Positions 17,671-27,723 of a stretch of 64,000 nt of DNA are shown here, piece by piece. Both the position numbers and the translations under genes were made by a program. Position 1 is the first letter of the stretch, and each line of letters begins with the position of its first letter. The notes below the pieces were generated by a model. That model was not told where the DNA came from. It did not search any database and saw only the letters and a list, made by a program, of their open reading frames with translations. The stretch spans positions 320,001-384,000 of the forward strand of contig CAWCFX010000004.1 of assembly GCA_963795085.1 (NCBI GenBank), read 5' to 3'. This DNA is from an uncultured Gemmatimonadales bacterium. GTDB taxonomy: Bacteria > Gemmatimonadota > Gemmatimonadetes > Gemmatimonadales > GWC2-71-9.

Positions 17671-18323
17671 CCGGATCGAATCCCGGTGCGCCGGGTGCCG
17701 ATCCGCTGCGAGTTCTCCGGGAGTACCGTGCGCTGGCTCCGTGGAGCCTGCGGGATCTCGCCGCCCTGGCCGGTTCCATCCTCGACGCCTCCGCCATCTT
17801 CCCCCTCAATGTGTCGGCCCGGGCCCGCCCCACCGAACGGACTATCCGGTACTACGTGGCGCAGGGACTGGTGAGTCCCCCCGAGGGGCGGGGTACCGCC
17901 GCGACCTATAGCTACCGCCATCTGCTCCAGGTGCTGGCCATCAAGCTCCGCCAGATGGAAGGCTCCACCCTGGAGACGATTACCCGGGACCTGGCCGACC
18001 AGGGCGGCGACGTGATCGAGCGGCGAGTCGCCGCGGCGCTGGGGGCTGGACTCCCGGCACCGTCCCTGATCACCGTGACCCAGCCGGGCGCCCCGCGCGG
18101 CCGGGTGGGCCGAGCCATCCAGGACTGGCAGTGGGGCAGCAGCAACGGCGACCTGGAGCCTCCCTCCAGCTGTCGCCGGATTCCCCTGGGCCATGGCATA
18201 GAGTTGCTGATGGATGAGCGGCATCCGCTGCTGCTGGCCAACCCGGACGAGCAGGCGATCGTCAGCGCCTTTCGCGCGGCCCTGGCGGAACTGGCGGGAG
18301 CGGACCTGCCGGCAGACCGTTAG
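17667..18323 (+). CDS. MerR-like HTH regulator
   Basis: RTIRYYVAQGLVSPPEGRGTAATYSYRHLLQVLAIKLRQ; ATG at 17667 in an ATGA overlap. Confidence 0.85.
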   Translation: MTGSNPGAPGADPLRVLREYRALAPWSLRDLAALAGSILDASAIFPLNVSARARPTERTIRYYVAQGLVSPPEGRGTAATYSYRHLLQVLAIKLRQMEGSTLETITRDLADQGGDVIERRVAAALGAGLPAPSLITVTQPGAPRGRVGRAIQDWQWGSSNGDLEPPSSCRRIPLGHGIELLMDERHPLLLANPDEQAIVSAFRAALAELAGADLPADR

Positions 18324-18346
18324 CACTCTCTTGAGCGAGGAGTTCC

Positions 18347-18904
18347 ATGGGTACCATTCTCGTGATTGTCGTCCTGGCCGTGCTGGCGCTGTGGATCATC
18401 GGCGCCTATAACGCCCTGATCGCCCTCAAGAACCAGGTGATGAACGCCTGGAAGCAGATCGACGTGCAGCTCAAGCGGCGGCACGACCTGATTCCCAACC
18501 TGGTCAGCACCGTCAAGGGCGCCATGACCTTCGAACGGCAGACCCTGGAGGCGGTGATCACGGCCCGTAACCAGGCGGTCGGCGCCCAGGGCGTGGCGGC
18601 GACCGCCCGGGCGGAGGGTGAGTTGACGCAGGCGCTGGGCCGGTTGTTCGCCCTGACCGAGGCCTATCCCGATCTCAAGGCGACCGGGAATATCGCGCAG
18701 CTGCAGGAGGAAATTACCAGCACCGAGAACAAGATCGGCTTTGCCCGGCAACTCTACAACGACACGGCCACGGCGTACAACACGAAGCAGATGCAGTTTC
18801 CCACCAACCTGGTCGCCGGATTGGCCAAGGCGGTACCGGCCGAACTGTGGGAGATCGACGACGCATCCGAGCGGGCGGTCCCCAAGGTCGACCTCTCCAC
18901 ATGA
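18347..18904 (+). CDS. lemA: LemA family protein
   Basis: YNALI...AWKQIDVQLKRRHDLIPNLV, EAYPDLKA, ARQLYND...FPTNLVA; GAGGAG SD. Confidence 0.95.
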   Translation: MGTILVIVVLAVLALWIIGAYNALIALKNQVMNAWKQIDVQLKRRHDLIPNLVSTVKGAMTFERQTLEAVITARNQAVGAQGVAATARAEGELTQALGRLFALTEAYPDLKATGNIAQLQEEITSTENKIGFARQLYNDTATAYNTKQMQFPTNLVAGLAKAVPAELWEIDDASERAVPKVDLST

Positions 18905-18985
18905 TGACGGTCAGCAGCCGGCAGTAGGCTGTGCGCGGGGCCTTCCTGCGCACCGCGCGCTTCTCACTGCGCACCCCTCGCTTCT

Positions 18986-19996
18986 ATGTCGGACTCTAAT
19001 CTTTTCTCCCAGCAGGAGAGCAACCGGAAGCGAACCCGCTGGCTGGTGGCCGGCTTTCTCCTGTTCTTTGGCTGGGTCGGCTTCGGAGGGGATCTCGGCC
19101 TCTACCTGCTGACGGCGGAGCAGCAGTCCGGATACCGGCACACGGTTCCGTTGATCGGCATCGTGATGACGCTGGCAGCCGGCGCCATCTGCTGGTCCTC
19201 CTTCCGCAAAGGCCCCGCCCGGGTCCTGTGGGCCGCGGGCGCCTCGGAGGTGGTGGAGGCGGTGACCCCGGCGCACCGTCAGCTCGCCAACGTGGTCGAG
19301 GAAATGGCGATCGCCTCCGGCGTGCCGGTGCCGAAGATCTGGGTGGTGCCGGATCCCGATCCCAACGCCTTTGCCACCGGGCTCGATGCCCAGCGGGCCA
19401 ACATCGCGGTGACCGAAGGCCTGCTGCAGCTGCTCGATCGCGATGAGCTGCAGGCGGTCATCGCGCACGAGATGGCCCATATCAGAAATCTCGACGTGCG
19501 GCTGATGACCATGCTGGCCGCGATGGTCGGCGCCATCGCGCTCATATCCGATGGCATGGGACGGATGCTGGGGCGGGGGGTCCGGGTCGGGGGCGGGGGG
19601 AAAGGCCGCGGCGGCAAGAAGGGCAATCAGCTTGCCATCATCATCCTGGTGCTCTGGGTACTGACCCTCCTCGTGGCTCCGCTGATCACCCGGCTCCTCG
19701 CCATGGGGGTAAGCCGGAAGCGCGAATTCCTGGCCGACGCCTCGGCCGCCCAGTTCACCCGTAACCCTGACGCCCTGGCCAGCGCCCTCGAGAAACTGGA
19801 CGGCGCCCCCGGCGCCACCCGGGCCATCACCCGCGGCGCCGCCCATCTCTGTATCGTGGACCCCGGCGAACGAAAGCTCTCCCAGCGGGACGGACTGCTG
19901 GGCGACATCTTTGCCTCCCACCCGCCCATCCGGCACCGGATCACCCGGCTCAAGGGGATGGCGTACCAGCAGGCGAACGCAACCAGCGACCGGTGA
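18986..19996 (+). CDS. htpX: M48 membrane zinc metalloprotease, HtpX-like
   Basis: PNAFATG, AVIAHEMAHI (HExxH), SRKREFLADA, FASHPP. Confidence 0.92.
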   Translation: MSDSNLFSQQESNRKRTRWLVAGFLLFFGWVGFGGDLGLYLLTAEQQSGYRHTVPLIGIVMTLAAGAICWSSFRKGPARVLWAAGASEVVEAVTPAHRQLANVVEEMAIASGVPVPKIWVVPDPDPNAFATGLDAQRANIAVTEGLLQLLDRDELQAVIAHEMAHIRNLDVRLMTMLAAMVGAIALISDGMGRMLGRGVRVGGGGKGRGGKKGNQLAIIILVLWVLTLLVAPLITRLLAMGVSRKREFLADASAAQFTRNPDALASALEKLDGAPGATRAITRGAAHLCIVDPGERKLSQRDGLLGDIFASHPPIRHRITRLKGMAYQQANATSDR

Positions 19997-20035
19997 GCCG
20001 ACGTCGTTATCGCGCCACTCGTCACGGGATTGTTC

Positions 20036-21082
20036 TTACCGCCCCTGTTCCATCGCCCTCAGGATCTCCTCGGTAAATGATCCCGGATCGAATGGCAGGG
20101 CGACGGTGTGGTCGGCCCCGGCGGCACGCTCGGCCTCCCCGCTGCCATCCACCAGCGCGACCACGGCGTAGGCGCGGGCGACCGCCGGGCGAAATCCTGC
20201 CAGCGGGGACTTGTCCTGGGCCGGCTGGCAGATGACGACCAGGCTCACGCCCAGGGTCTCGGCTTCTGCCGCCAGGGTCTCCCCGTCGGGAACCCGCCGG
20301 ACGGAGAAGCCGGCGTGCTTGAGAAGCAGCGCGACGATCCGCGCCGTGTCGTTCTCGTCGACCCAGAGCAGGGCCTCGCCCGGGGAGATGCCTGCCGGTT
20401 GGGCCCCCGGCGCCTGCAGGTCGATCATGCCTACATCCCCGACGTACTGCCGGGCGCTGGCCTGGCTCAACCCGCCGACCCGTCTGAGCACGCCGGCGAT
20501 CCGTGCCAGCGCGTCCCGGACCGCCTCCAGTGAACACCGGGTCTCGTCGTCCAGGGTTCCCTGCAGCAGCAGCTCGATCTCCACCCCGGCCGCCATGAGG
20601 GGATTGTTGATCTCGTGGTGCAGGGTGACGTTGAGCTGCCCCACCGCCGCCAGGCGTTCGGCCCGTACCAGGTCCTCTTCCGCCGCCGCCAGCGCGCTGC
20701 GGAGCGCGCGGGTCCGGCGCACCCGTTCCAGCACCTGGGGCAACAGCTTGGGCAGCGAGGCATCCTTGATGAGATAGTCATCCGCGCCCTGTCGGAGAGC
20801 GGCGGCTGCGAGCGCTTCATCCCCGTTGCCGGTGATCAGGATGATCGAAGGGCGGCCGGGGCGGGCCCGGAGCGCGGGGATGGCCTCGAGACCCGTGGTA
20901 TCCGGCAACTGGTGATCCAGGAGGACGATGTCAAAGGGCCCGGCCGCGGCGAGCGCCTCCCTCCCGGTCGTCACCACCTGCGGATCGGTGGCCGCCTGGG
21001 CGCGCACCAGCTGGCGCAGCATGGCGCCCATTGCGGGGTCGTCATCGACCACCAGGAGCCGCAGCAGGGTCCGCTCAGGCAC
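20036..21082 (-). CDS. Receiver-HisKA-degenerate receiver protein (no HATPase domain evident)
   Basis: N-terminal REC (VVDDD, LLDHQLPD, ITG, YLIK), ERLAAVGQLNVTLHHEINNPL H-box, C-terminal degenerate REC. GTG at 21082 chosen. Confidence 0.8.
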   Translation of the reverse strand: MPERTLLRLLVVDDDPAMGAMLRQLVRAQAATDPQVVTTGREALAAAGPFDIVLLDHQLPDTTGLEAIPALRARPGRPSIILITGNGDEALAAAALRQGADDYLIKDASLPKLLPQVLERVRRTRALRSALAAAEEDLVRAERLAAVGQLNVTLHHEINNPLMAAGVEIELLLQGTLDDETRCSLEAVRDALARIAGVLRRVGGLSQASARQYVGDVGMIDLQAPGAQPAGISPGEALLWVDENDTARIVALLLKHAGFSVRRVPDGETLAAEAETLGVSLVVICQPAQDKSPLAGFRPAVARAYAVVALVDGSGEAERAAGADHTVALPFDPGSFTEEILRAMEQGR

Positions 21083-22640
21083 GGTTGGGACCCGATTCGG
21101 TCCGGAACCCGACCCGGGCAAACTTCTCCCACGTGGTCTTGCCGCGCCAGGCGTCCCACAGACCCCGCAGCCGCCAGTAGAGCGTGATGTGCCGAAAGCT
21201 GAACGGGAGATTCTCCAGCACCGAGTAGAGCAGCAGGATCAGCACATCCCGCTTGCGGCTGAACGGCAGCAGCCCGCGCTGCAGCCGGTCGGCGAGCCCG
21301 AACCGGAATCGCCACGCCCCGACCAGGACGGCGAAGAGGTTGACCAGGATGCCGTAGCCCAGCGAGGCGAGGAAGAACGCCACTGCGTACGCCTCGTTGA
21401 GGAAGTTGACCCCCAGCGCATACTCCAGGATCAGAAAGACGATGACGAACAGGTAGCCGACGATCTCGATGATCGGCCCCCAGTACTCGAATAGCCAGAA
21501 GGTGGGGAGCGCGAACCAGCCGATGCGGCCGAACTTCCGCCGGAACAGCATGTCCCGGTGGTAGTGCAGCGACTCCCGCAGGCCGCGGTACCAGCGGCCC
21601 CGCTGCTTGCGCAGGGAGTCGAGCCGCTCCGGCACTTCGGTCCAGGCCACCGGGTGGGGCAGAAAGGCGATGCGCTTGTCCCGCATCTTGTCCCGCACGA
21701 ACCGGTGCAGCCGCACGATGATTTCCATGTCCTCGCAGACGGTGCCGGTCCGGGCCCCGATATACTCCTCCACGATCCGGTGCGTGACGAAAGGGGTCAG
21801 GTACCCGCCGGCCCGGATCACCGTTTCCTTCTCGAACACCGCGAACACGCCGGACAGGATGAGAATGGCGTCCAGCTTGTCGAGACCGGTCCGCCCGGTG
21901 GTGAAGGACCGCAGGTACTCCACCATCTGGAACCGGGCCAGCGGGTTGGACGGCAGCCCCACGCTCACCACCCGCCCGTTGCGGATGGCGCATCCGTTGG
22001 CGATTGCTACCTGGCCGCCGACGGCAACTACCCGGGGATCCTCCTGGATGACCCGCATCAGCTCCTTCAGCGCCCGCTGGTCGAGGATCGAATCGGCGTC
22101 GAGCGAAACGAAATAGGGTGCGGTGGACGCGTTGATCCCCGCGTTGAGCGCATCGGCCTTGCCGGCGTTCTCCTTGTCGATGACCATCACCTTGGTGACG
22201 TTCTTCGGCAGGGGGATGGTGGCCTCGTAGGTGGCTCGGACCCGGGCGGTGCCGATGGCGTCGCGGTAGGCGAGGTCGGTACGGCGAAGCCGGAACGCCT
22301 GCTTCAGCACCTCCAGAGTACGGTCCGCCGAGCCATCGTTGACGACCACCACCTCGAACCGGGGATAGTCCACATGGATGAGGTTGGTCACCGAGTCCAC
22401 GATGGTGACCTCCTCGTTGTACGCCGGTACCACCATCGTGATCGGCTTGGTGGAGTCGTGGGCGTCGATCAGGTCGAGGTCTTCGATGAAATGTCCGGCC
22501 ACCCGCCGGCGGACCTGGCGGGCCGACAGGATGATGAGCGAGAGGGTATAGGTATTGTACAGGATGAAATAGGCCAGGAAAAAGGGCTGCAGCACCAGGG
22601 CCACAACCCCGACGACCAGGATGACCTGTTCCCGGCTCAC
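21075..22640 (-). CDS. Membrane-bound processive GT2 glycosyltransferase (PgaC/IcaA-like)
   Basis: VPAYNEE, NDGS, GKADALN, DADS, EDME, QRGRW (D,D,D,QxxRW) and TM helices. Confidence 0.92.
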   Translation of the reverse strand: MSREQVILVVGVVALVLQPFFLAYFILYNTYTLSLIILSARQVRRRVAGHFIEDLDLIDAHDSTKPITMVVPAYNEEVTIVDSVTNLIHVDYPRFEVVVVNDGSADRTLEVLKQAFRLRRTDLAYRDAIGTARVRATYEATIPLPKNVTKVMVIDKENAGKADALNAGINASTAPYFVSLDADSILDQRALKELMRVIQEDPRVVAVGGQVAIANGCAIRNGRVVSVGLPSNPLARFQMVEYLRSFTTGRTGLDKLDAILILSGVFAVFEKETVIRAGGYLTPFVTHRIVEEYIGARTGTVCEDMEIIVRLHRFVRDKMRDKRIAFLPHPVAWTEVPERLDSLRKQRGRWYRGLRESLHYHRDMLFRRKFGRIGWFALPTFWLFEYWGPIIEIVGYLFVIVFLILEYALGVNFLNEAYAVAFFLASLGYGILVNLFAVLVGAWRFRFGLADRLQRGLLPFSRKRDVLILLLYSVLENLPFSFRHITLYWRLRGLWDAWRGKTTWEKFARVGFRTESGPNRA

Positions 22641-25600
22641 CGGGGCTCCCGTCCCGGTTCGAGGACCGCGCCCACCGCCTCGCGGACCTCGTGGACCGGA
22701 TCGTTCCGGGCCACTTCGCCCGCCAGCGGATCGTCCATCAGGGCCAGCGCGATGCCCGCCGCGATCCGTCGCCGCGCCTCGGGACTGGTCCGCGCCACGG
22801 TCTGCAACTCCTCCAGGCCCGCCACCTCCCGGAGGGCGGCAGCTGCGGTCTCCCGCCCGAAACTGTCTGGCAGGTCGATCCGGGCGCCCCGAAGCAGCTG
22901 GGCGCTCCAGGCCGCGGCCCGCACGCCCTCGTCAGGATCCCGTAATAGTGGCGCGGTATCCGGGCCCTGGGTGCTCGAGGCCAGGGCGAGCGCCGCCCGG
23001 CGCCGGACATCCGCTTCGGGATCGGTGAAGAACGAAGCCAGCCGATCGAACTGCCCCGCGGCGGCCCACGCCGCTACTGCGGCGAGCCGTACGGCCGGGA
23101 CCGGATCCATGCTCAGGGCGCGAAGGCTCTCTTCCGACACCAACTCGGGCCGGTGCCGCCAGAGCAGGGCCAGTTCCTCCCGCACCTCCGGGCTGGCGCT
23201 CCGGCCGATGGTCGTCAGCAACGACGGGAGATCGGGGTGGTTGATGTAGCGGGCGATGCGCGCGATGACGACGCCCTCGTGGGAACCCGGCGCCGCCCCC
23301 ATGGTCAGGTCCACGAAGGCGTGAAAGGCCTGCTCGGCGTGGCGGGCCACCGCCTGCAGGACCACGATGTCATCGTCTTCCGCTCGAAGCAGGCGAATCA
23401 GCAGGGGGAGCGCCTGCCCCGGCTCCATCCGCGCGAACAGGGTCACCGCGACGCGGCGGACCGCCGGATGCGGATCGGTCACCGCCCGTCGCGCCGAGAG
23501 GAATAATTCGTCCGGGTCCAGCAGATCCGCCACGGCGGCCAGGGCCGCGGCCCGCACTTCGGGGCTGGGATCGCTGCGTACGGCATACACCAGCGCCCGC
23601 CGGCTTCGCTCGCCTTTGAAGGCCTGGATCGCGGAGACCAGCCGCACTCGCTCCCGCGGGTCCAGCACCCCCCGCATGCCTTCCACCAGGGAGGCCTCCA
23701 TCTGTTCCCGGTTCAGGCTGCCCAGCGCGCGCAGTTCCACCTGCTGAGCCTCCTTGAGGCGCTGCCGGATCTGGCGAAACCCGGGATCATGCTGCAACCG
23801 GTCGCGCAGGAACTCCCGGACTGGTTCTTCATCCATCATCTGCAGAACCTGGGCGACGATGCTCTCCTGGTCAAAGGCACCGATGCCGAGGGCGGCCGCC
23901 GCCCGTACGTTGAGCGGCTCCTCCGAGCGGCAGGCCGCCAGCAGGGCGGCATCGCCGCCGGGCACCCGGAGCAGCCCGGTGGCCAGCGCGGCGCGCTCCC
24001 GCACCCGCGCCGACGGATCGCCCTGGAGCAGCCCGAGAATCTCCGGTCCCGCGCGGGTCGCCCCGAAGCGGGAGAGTGCCTCGACCGACTTGGCGCGGAC
24101 TTCTTCGTCCGGGTCGTTGAGTCCCTGCTGCAGCAACTCCTCACTGCGCTCGCCGCCGAGGTGGACCAGAGCGTCCACCGCCAGGGAGCGGACCACCGGG
24201 TCTTCGTCCTTCCACACGATCTCCAAGAGTCCAGCCGAGGCCGGCGAGTGGATCCGGGCGAGGATCCGTACGATGGCCAGCCGGGCCTCGCGGTCGCGGG
24301 ATTCCATCAGGATATCGAGCAGGGCGGGGAGGGCATTGACGTCGATCCGGGCCACCGCATCGGCGATGACCTCGCGGAGGTCGGCACTGCCGGTCTGGAA
24401 GGCCCGTACCAGCGCCGGCAGGATGGGCGGGCCCCCCACCCGCCCCAGCGCGTGTGCGGCGCTGCGCCGGGCATGCGGGTCCGAGTCCACCAGCAGCTTG
24501 AGCAATTCGGGGACGGCCCACGATCCACCCCCATCGGCGACGCCGTCGGCCGCCGCGGCGCGTACCTCGGGCACCGGGTCCTTGAGCAGGCGGGCCAGTT
24601 CGGGCTGGGCATCCTTCGCCTGGATCTGGCCGAGGGCGCGGGCGGAGGCGGCCCGGACCATCGGCTCGTAGTCGCCGGTGCGAGGCCGGATCATGCTGGC
24701 CACCTCGGCCTCGCCCAGTTCGCCGACCAGTTGCATCGCGGCGGTGCGGACATGCTGGTCCGCATCGCCCAGCCCGTCGAGCGCCGACGGGACGGCGTCC
24801 TTGATGCCCAGGTGCCGGAGCGCATTGTACGCTTCGGCCCGGATTTCCGGTTCGGCGTCGTGGGTGGCCACGTGGATCAGTTCGATCGCCAGGTCCCGCC
24901 GGCCGGCCTGCATGATCGCGGTGATGACGGTCTGGCGGACCATGGTCGAGGGATGGGCCAGCTGCTCGGCCAGCAGCTCCCGGGCGCCGGCCAGGCCGAA
25001 CTTGGTCAGGATCTCCATCGCCTCGGTGGAGGCGGTGCCGGACTCGATCTGGCTGATGATCCGGTTGGGCACGCCCAGCCGCTCCAGGGCGACCGCGGCA
25101 CGAATCCGGATCTCCGGGTCGGTGTCGTCGAGGGCCAGCATGAGAGGGCCTTCCGAGACCGCTCCGATCTGTTCCAGCGCCTCGACGCTGCGCATCCGGA
25201 CCCACCAGGCGGGATCGCCCAGGGCGCGAACCAGGGTGTCGATGACCTCGGTATCGTTGAACTGGCCCAGCGCACCGGCGATGCGGGCACGGACAAACGG
25301 CGCCGGATCGGTGAGCAGGTGGTCGAGGAGATAGGTGACGGCGCGGTGGTCGCCCAGTTTGCCGAGGGAGGCGGCCGCCTTGGCCCGGACTTCGTCATCG
25401 AGGTCGTCCAGGGCGCGCACCAGGGCAGGAAAGGCGCGAGTGGCGCGTACCTCCCCCAGGATGTTGGCCGCCCAGGCGCGGGCTGGATGTTGGGACGGTT
25501 CCTCCAGGAAGCCGATCATCGGCTCCACGACCATGTCGCCGTGGCGGGCCAGGATGTCGGCGATGCGGGGGGCCAGCCACACCTCGGCTTTCTTGAGCGC

Positions 25601-26128
25601 CTCGGAAAGCGGGCCGACCGCCCGCGGATCCGCGATCCTGGCCAGGGCGCGGAGGGCAATCTCGCGGACATCGGCGTCTTCGGCCCGGGTGGCCTGGATG
25701 GTTTCCAGCAGGACGGGGACCGCGGCGGCGTTGCCCACCCGGCCCAGCAGCTCGGCGGCAAAGGCGCGCTCCCGCCACTTCTTGGCGTGGCGCAGGCGGT
25801 CGATGTATTTGGTGACCAGCCCCAGCCGGTCATATGCGTCGAGCAGCCAGTCGGGGCGTTCGGTCTGGCCCCGGGCCTGTTCTTCGAGAACGGCCTCCAG
25901 CGCGGAGAAGTCGCGCAGTGTCCGGGCCTGGTGGAGGACCGGCTCCAGGAGGGCCCGGTCCCGGGTGGCGAGTCCCGCGACGAGGTCACGATAAAACCCC
26001 TTGCGGACGGACAGCCGGCGCTCCAGCCGGGTCAGATACGTGGTGTAGATCAGCCAGACGGCCACCGCCACCACGCCCATAACGGCGAGGCCGGCGGCAA
26101 CCACCAAGATGATATCGAGAAAGGTCAC
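22637..26128 (-). CDS. Membrane-anchored giant HEAT-repeat protein (1163 aa)
   Basis: N-terminal TM helix, then dozens of L.D.d..VR..AA.aLG repeats. Confidence 0.9.
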   Translation of the reverse strand: MTFLDIILVVAAGLAVMGVVAVAVWLIYTTYLTRLERRLSVRKGFYRDLVAGLATRDRALLEPVLHQARTLRDFSALEAVLEEQARGQTERPDWLLDAYDRLGLVTKYIDRLRHAKKWRERAFAAELLGRVGNAAAVPVLLETIQATRAEDADVREIALRALARIADPRAVGPLSEALKKAEVWLAPRIADILARHGDMVVEPMIGFLEEPSQHPARAWAANILGEVRATRAFPALVRALDDLDDEVRAKAAASLGKLGDHRAVTYLLDHLLTDPAPFVRARIAGALGQFNDTEVIDTLVRALGDPAWWVRMRSVEALEQIGAVSEGPLMLALDDTDPEIRIRAAVALERLGVPNRIISQIESGTASTEAMEILTKFGLAGARELLAEQLAHPSTMVRQTVITAIMQAGRRDLAIELIHVATHDAEPEIRAEAYNALRHLGIKDAVPSALDGLGDADQHVRTAAMQLVGELGEAEVASMIRPRTGDYEPMVRAASARALGQIQAKDAQPELARLLKDPVPEVRAAAADGVADGGGSWAVPELLKLLVDSDPHARRSAAHALGRVGGPPILPALVRAFQTGSADLREVIADAVARIDVNALPALLDILMESRDREARLAIVRILARIHSPASAGLLEIVWKDEDPVVRSLAVDALVHLGGERSEELLQQGLNDPDEEVRAKSVEALSRFGATRAGPEILGLLQGDPSARVRERAALATGLLRVPGGDAALLAACRSEEPLNVRAAAALGIGAFDQESIVAQVLQMMDEEPVREFLRDRLQHDPGFRQIRQRLKEAQQVELRALGSLNREQMEASLVEGMRGVLDPRERVRLVSAIQAFKGERSRRALVYAVRSDPSPEVRAAALAAVADLLDPDELFLSARRAVTDPHPAVRRVAVTLFARMEPGQALPLLIRLLRAEDDDIVVLQAVARHAEQAFHAFVDLTMGAAPGSHEGVVIARIARYINHPDLPSLLTTIGRSASPEVREELALLWRHRPELVSEESLRALSMDPVPAVRLAAVAAWAAAGQFDRLASFFTDPEADVRRRAALALASSTQGPDTAPLLRDPDEGVRAAAWSAQLLRGARIDLPDSFGRETAAAALREVAGLEELQTVARTSPEARRRIAAGIALALMDDPLAGEVARNDPVHEVREAVGAVLEPGREPR

Positions 26129-26496
26129 GCCGCTCCAGCAAGGCGGTTCACCGCCTGAATGAGGGCAGCGGACTCCACCGGCTTGGTGAGGAATTCGTCG
26201 GCGCCGGCCTGGGATGCCCAGAACTGGTCGGCCGGCTCCTGCTTGGTGGTGACCATAAGAATCGGGATGGCGGCGGTTTCAGGGTTCAGCTTGAGCGCCC
26301 TGGCGGTCTGGTATCCGTTCAGCCGCGGCATCATCACGTCGAGGATGATCAGCTTGGGGCGAAGGGCGACTGCGGTATCGAGGCCGGCTTGGCCGTCACT
26401 GGCGGTCACGACCCGGTGCCCCGACGCGGTCAGGGTGCGCTCCATCAATCTCCGCTGATCCGGGTCATCTTCAATGACCAGTATCACGTTGGCCAT
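26125..26496 (-). CDS. Single-domain response regulator, PilH-like
   Basis: LDVMMPRLNGYQTAR...PETAAIPILMVTTK...DQFWASQAGADEFLTKPV resembles PilH. Confidence 0.88.
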   Translation of the reverse strand: MANVILVIEDDPDQRRLMERTLTASGHRVVTASDGQAGLDTAVALRPKLIILDVMMPRLNGYQTARALKLNPETAAIPILMVTTKQEPADQFWASQAGADEFLTKPVESAALIQAVNRLAGAA

Positions 26497-26622
26497 GGCT
26501 CCCCGCCCCCCATCTTTCGTAAGGTGTTACAATAGCTCGGTTTAGGCATTCTCGCCAACCGGCCCCCAAAACTAAACGAGGCCGCCCTCCGGCGGCCTCG
26601 GACTCCGGTGGCCGGAGCGCCC

Positions 26623-27681
26623 TCACGAGGCCGCATCGTCCAGGAACACCAGGGCCTGGCGCCGCTGTACCACGGCGAACAGCGCGGCATGCACCATCGG
26701 GTCGAGCACCGTCCCCACCAGGTCGCGCATTCGTGCCACCGCCAGCTCAGGGCTCATCTTCTCCTGGTACGGCCGGGAGGTGGTCAGGGCGTCGTAGATC
26801 TCGGAGGCGCAGAGCACCCGGGCGCCCAGCGGAATCGTCTCGCCGGCCAGCTGGTCGGGGTACCCCTGCCCGTCCCACCGCTCGTGGTGGTTCCGGACGA
26901 AGCCGATGATCTCCTTGAGGTGGGTGAGGGGGGAGAGAATCTGGGAGCCCACGGTCACGTGCTGCTTGACCTGTTCGTATTCCTCCGCGGTCAGCGGACC
27001 TTCCTTGTTGAGGATCTCCTCGCGGATTCCGATCTTGCCGATATCGTGGAGCCGGCCGGCCATGCGGATGGCATCCACGTTCTCATCGGGCAGCCCCATC
27101 TGGGCGGCGATCATGGCGGAGAGATCGGCCACCCGGGCGGAATGGCCCCGGAGGTAGGGATCCTTGGCTTCCAGCGCGTTCACCAGGGCCTCCAGGGTGG
27201 CCACCGACAGGCGCTCCAGCTTGGCCCGCTCGTTGTGCACCTCGGCGGTCCGGACCGCGACCTCTTCCTTGAGCCACAGGTTGAGGTTCTCCTGCTCCAG
27301 CAGCGTGGCCCGGCGCCGAAGCGCCCGCTGGATGGCGCGCGACAGCTCGCTCAGTTCGATGGGCTTGGTGAGGTAGTCCATCGCCCCCCGCTGCATGCAC
27401 AGCGCGGCCGCCGTCGCGTCGTTGACCGCGGTGAGCATCAGCAGCGCAATGCTGGGTTCCGCCGCCATGACCAGGGGAACCAGGTCCACACCGCTGGTGC
27501 CTGGCAGCTTCACGTCCAGCAGCATGCAGCCGACCTTCTGCTGCTGCAGGACGTGAAGGGCCTCCTCGCCAGTCGCGGCGGTGGAGACGTCGTAGCCATC
27601 CTGCGTCAGATACTTCTTGAGCGCCGTGCGGATGGGTTCTTCGTCGTCGCAGACGAGGACGCTCGCCTTGGCTTCGGTCAT
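26623..27681 (-). CDS. Receiver + HD-GYP cyclic-dinucleotide phosphodiesterase
   Basis: REC domain, then EAKDPYLRGHSARV, LHDIGKIGI, HHERWDGQGYP, RPY. Confidence 0.93.
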   Translation of the reverse strand: MTEAKASVLVCDDEEPIRTALKKYLTQDGYDVSTAATGEEALHVLQQQKVGCMLLDVKLPGTSGVDLVPLVMAAEPSIALLMLTAVNDATAAALCMQRGAMDYLTKPIELSELSRAIQRALRRRATLLEQENLNLWLKEEVAVRTAEVHNERAKLERLSVATLEALVNALEAKDPYLRGHSARVADLSAMIAAQMGLPDENVDAIRMAGRLHDIGKIGIREEILNKEGPLTAEEYEQVKQHVTVGSQILSPLTHLKEIIGFVRNHHERWDGQGYPDQLAGETIPLGARVLCASEIYDALTTSRPYQEKMSPELAVARMRDLVGTVLDPMVHAALFAVVQRRQALVFLDDAAS

Positions 27682-27723
27682 GGGGGCAAGGTACGGGTCA
27701 GGGAAAGGGTCGTCAATGCGATT

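Noticed and set aside
23789..26158. Long antisense ORFs (e.g. 23789..26158, 26608..28704, 48504..50366, 8193..10100)
   Set aside because: Shadow frames opposite well-supported genes; expected in high-GC DNA and lacking motifs.
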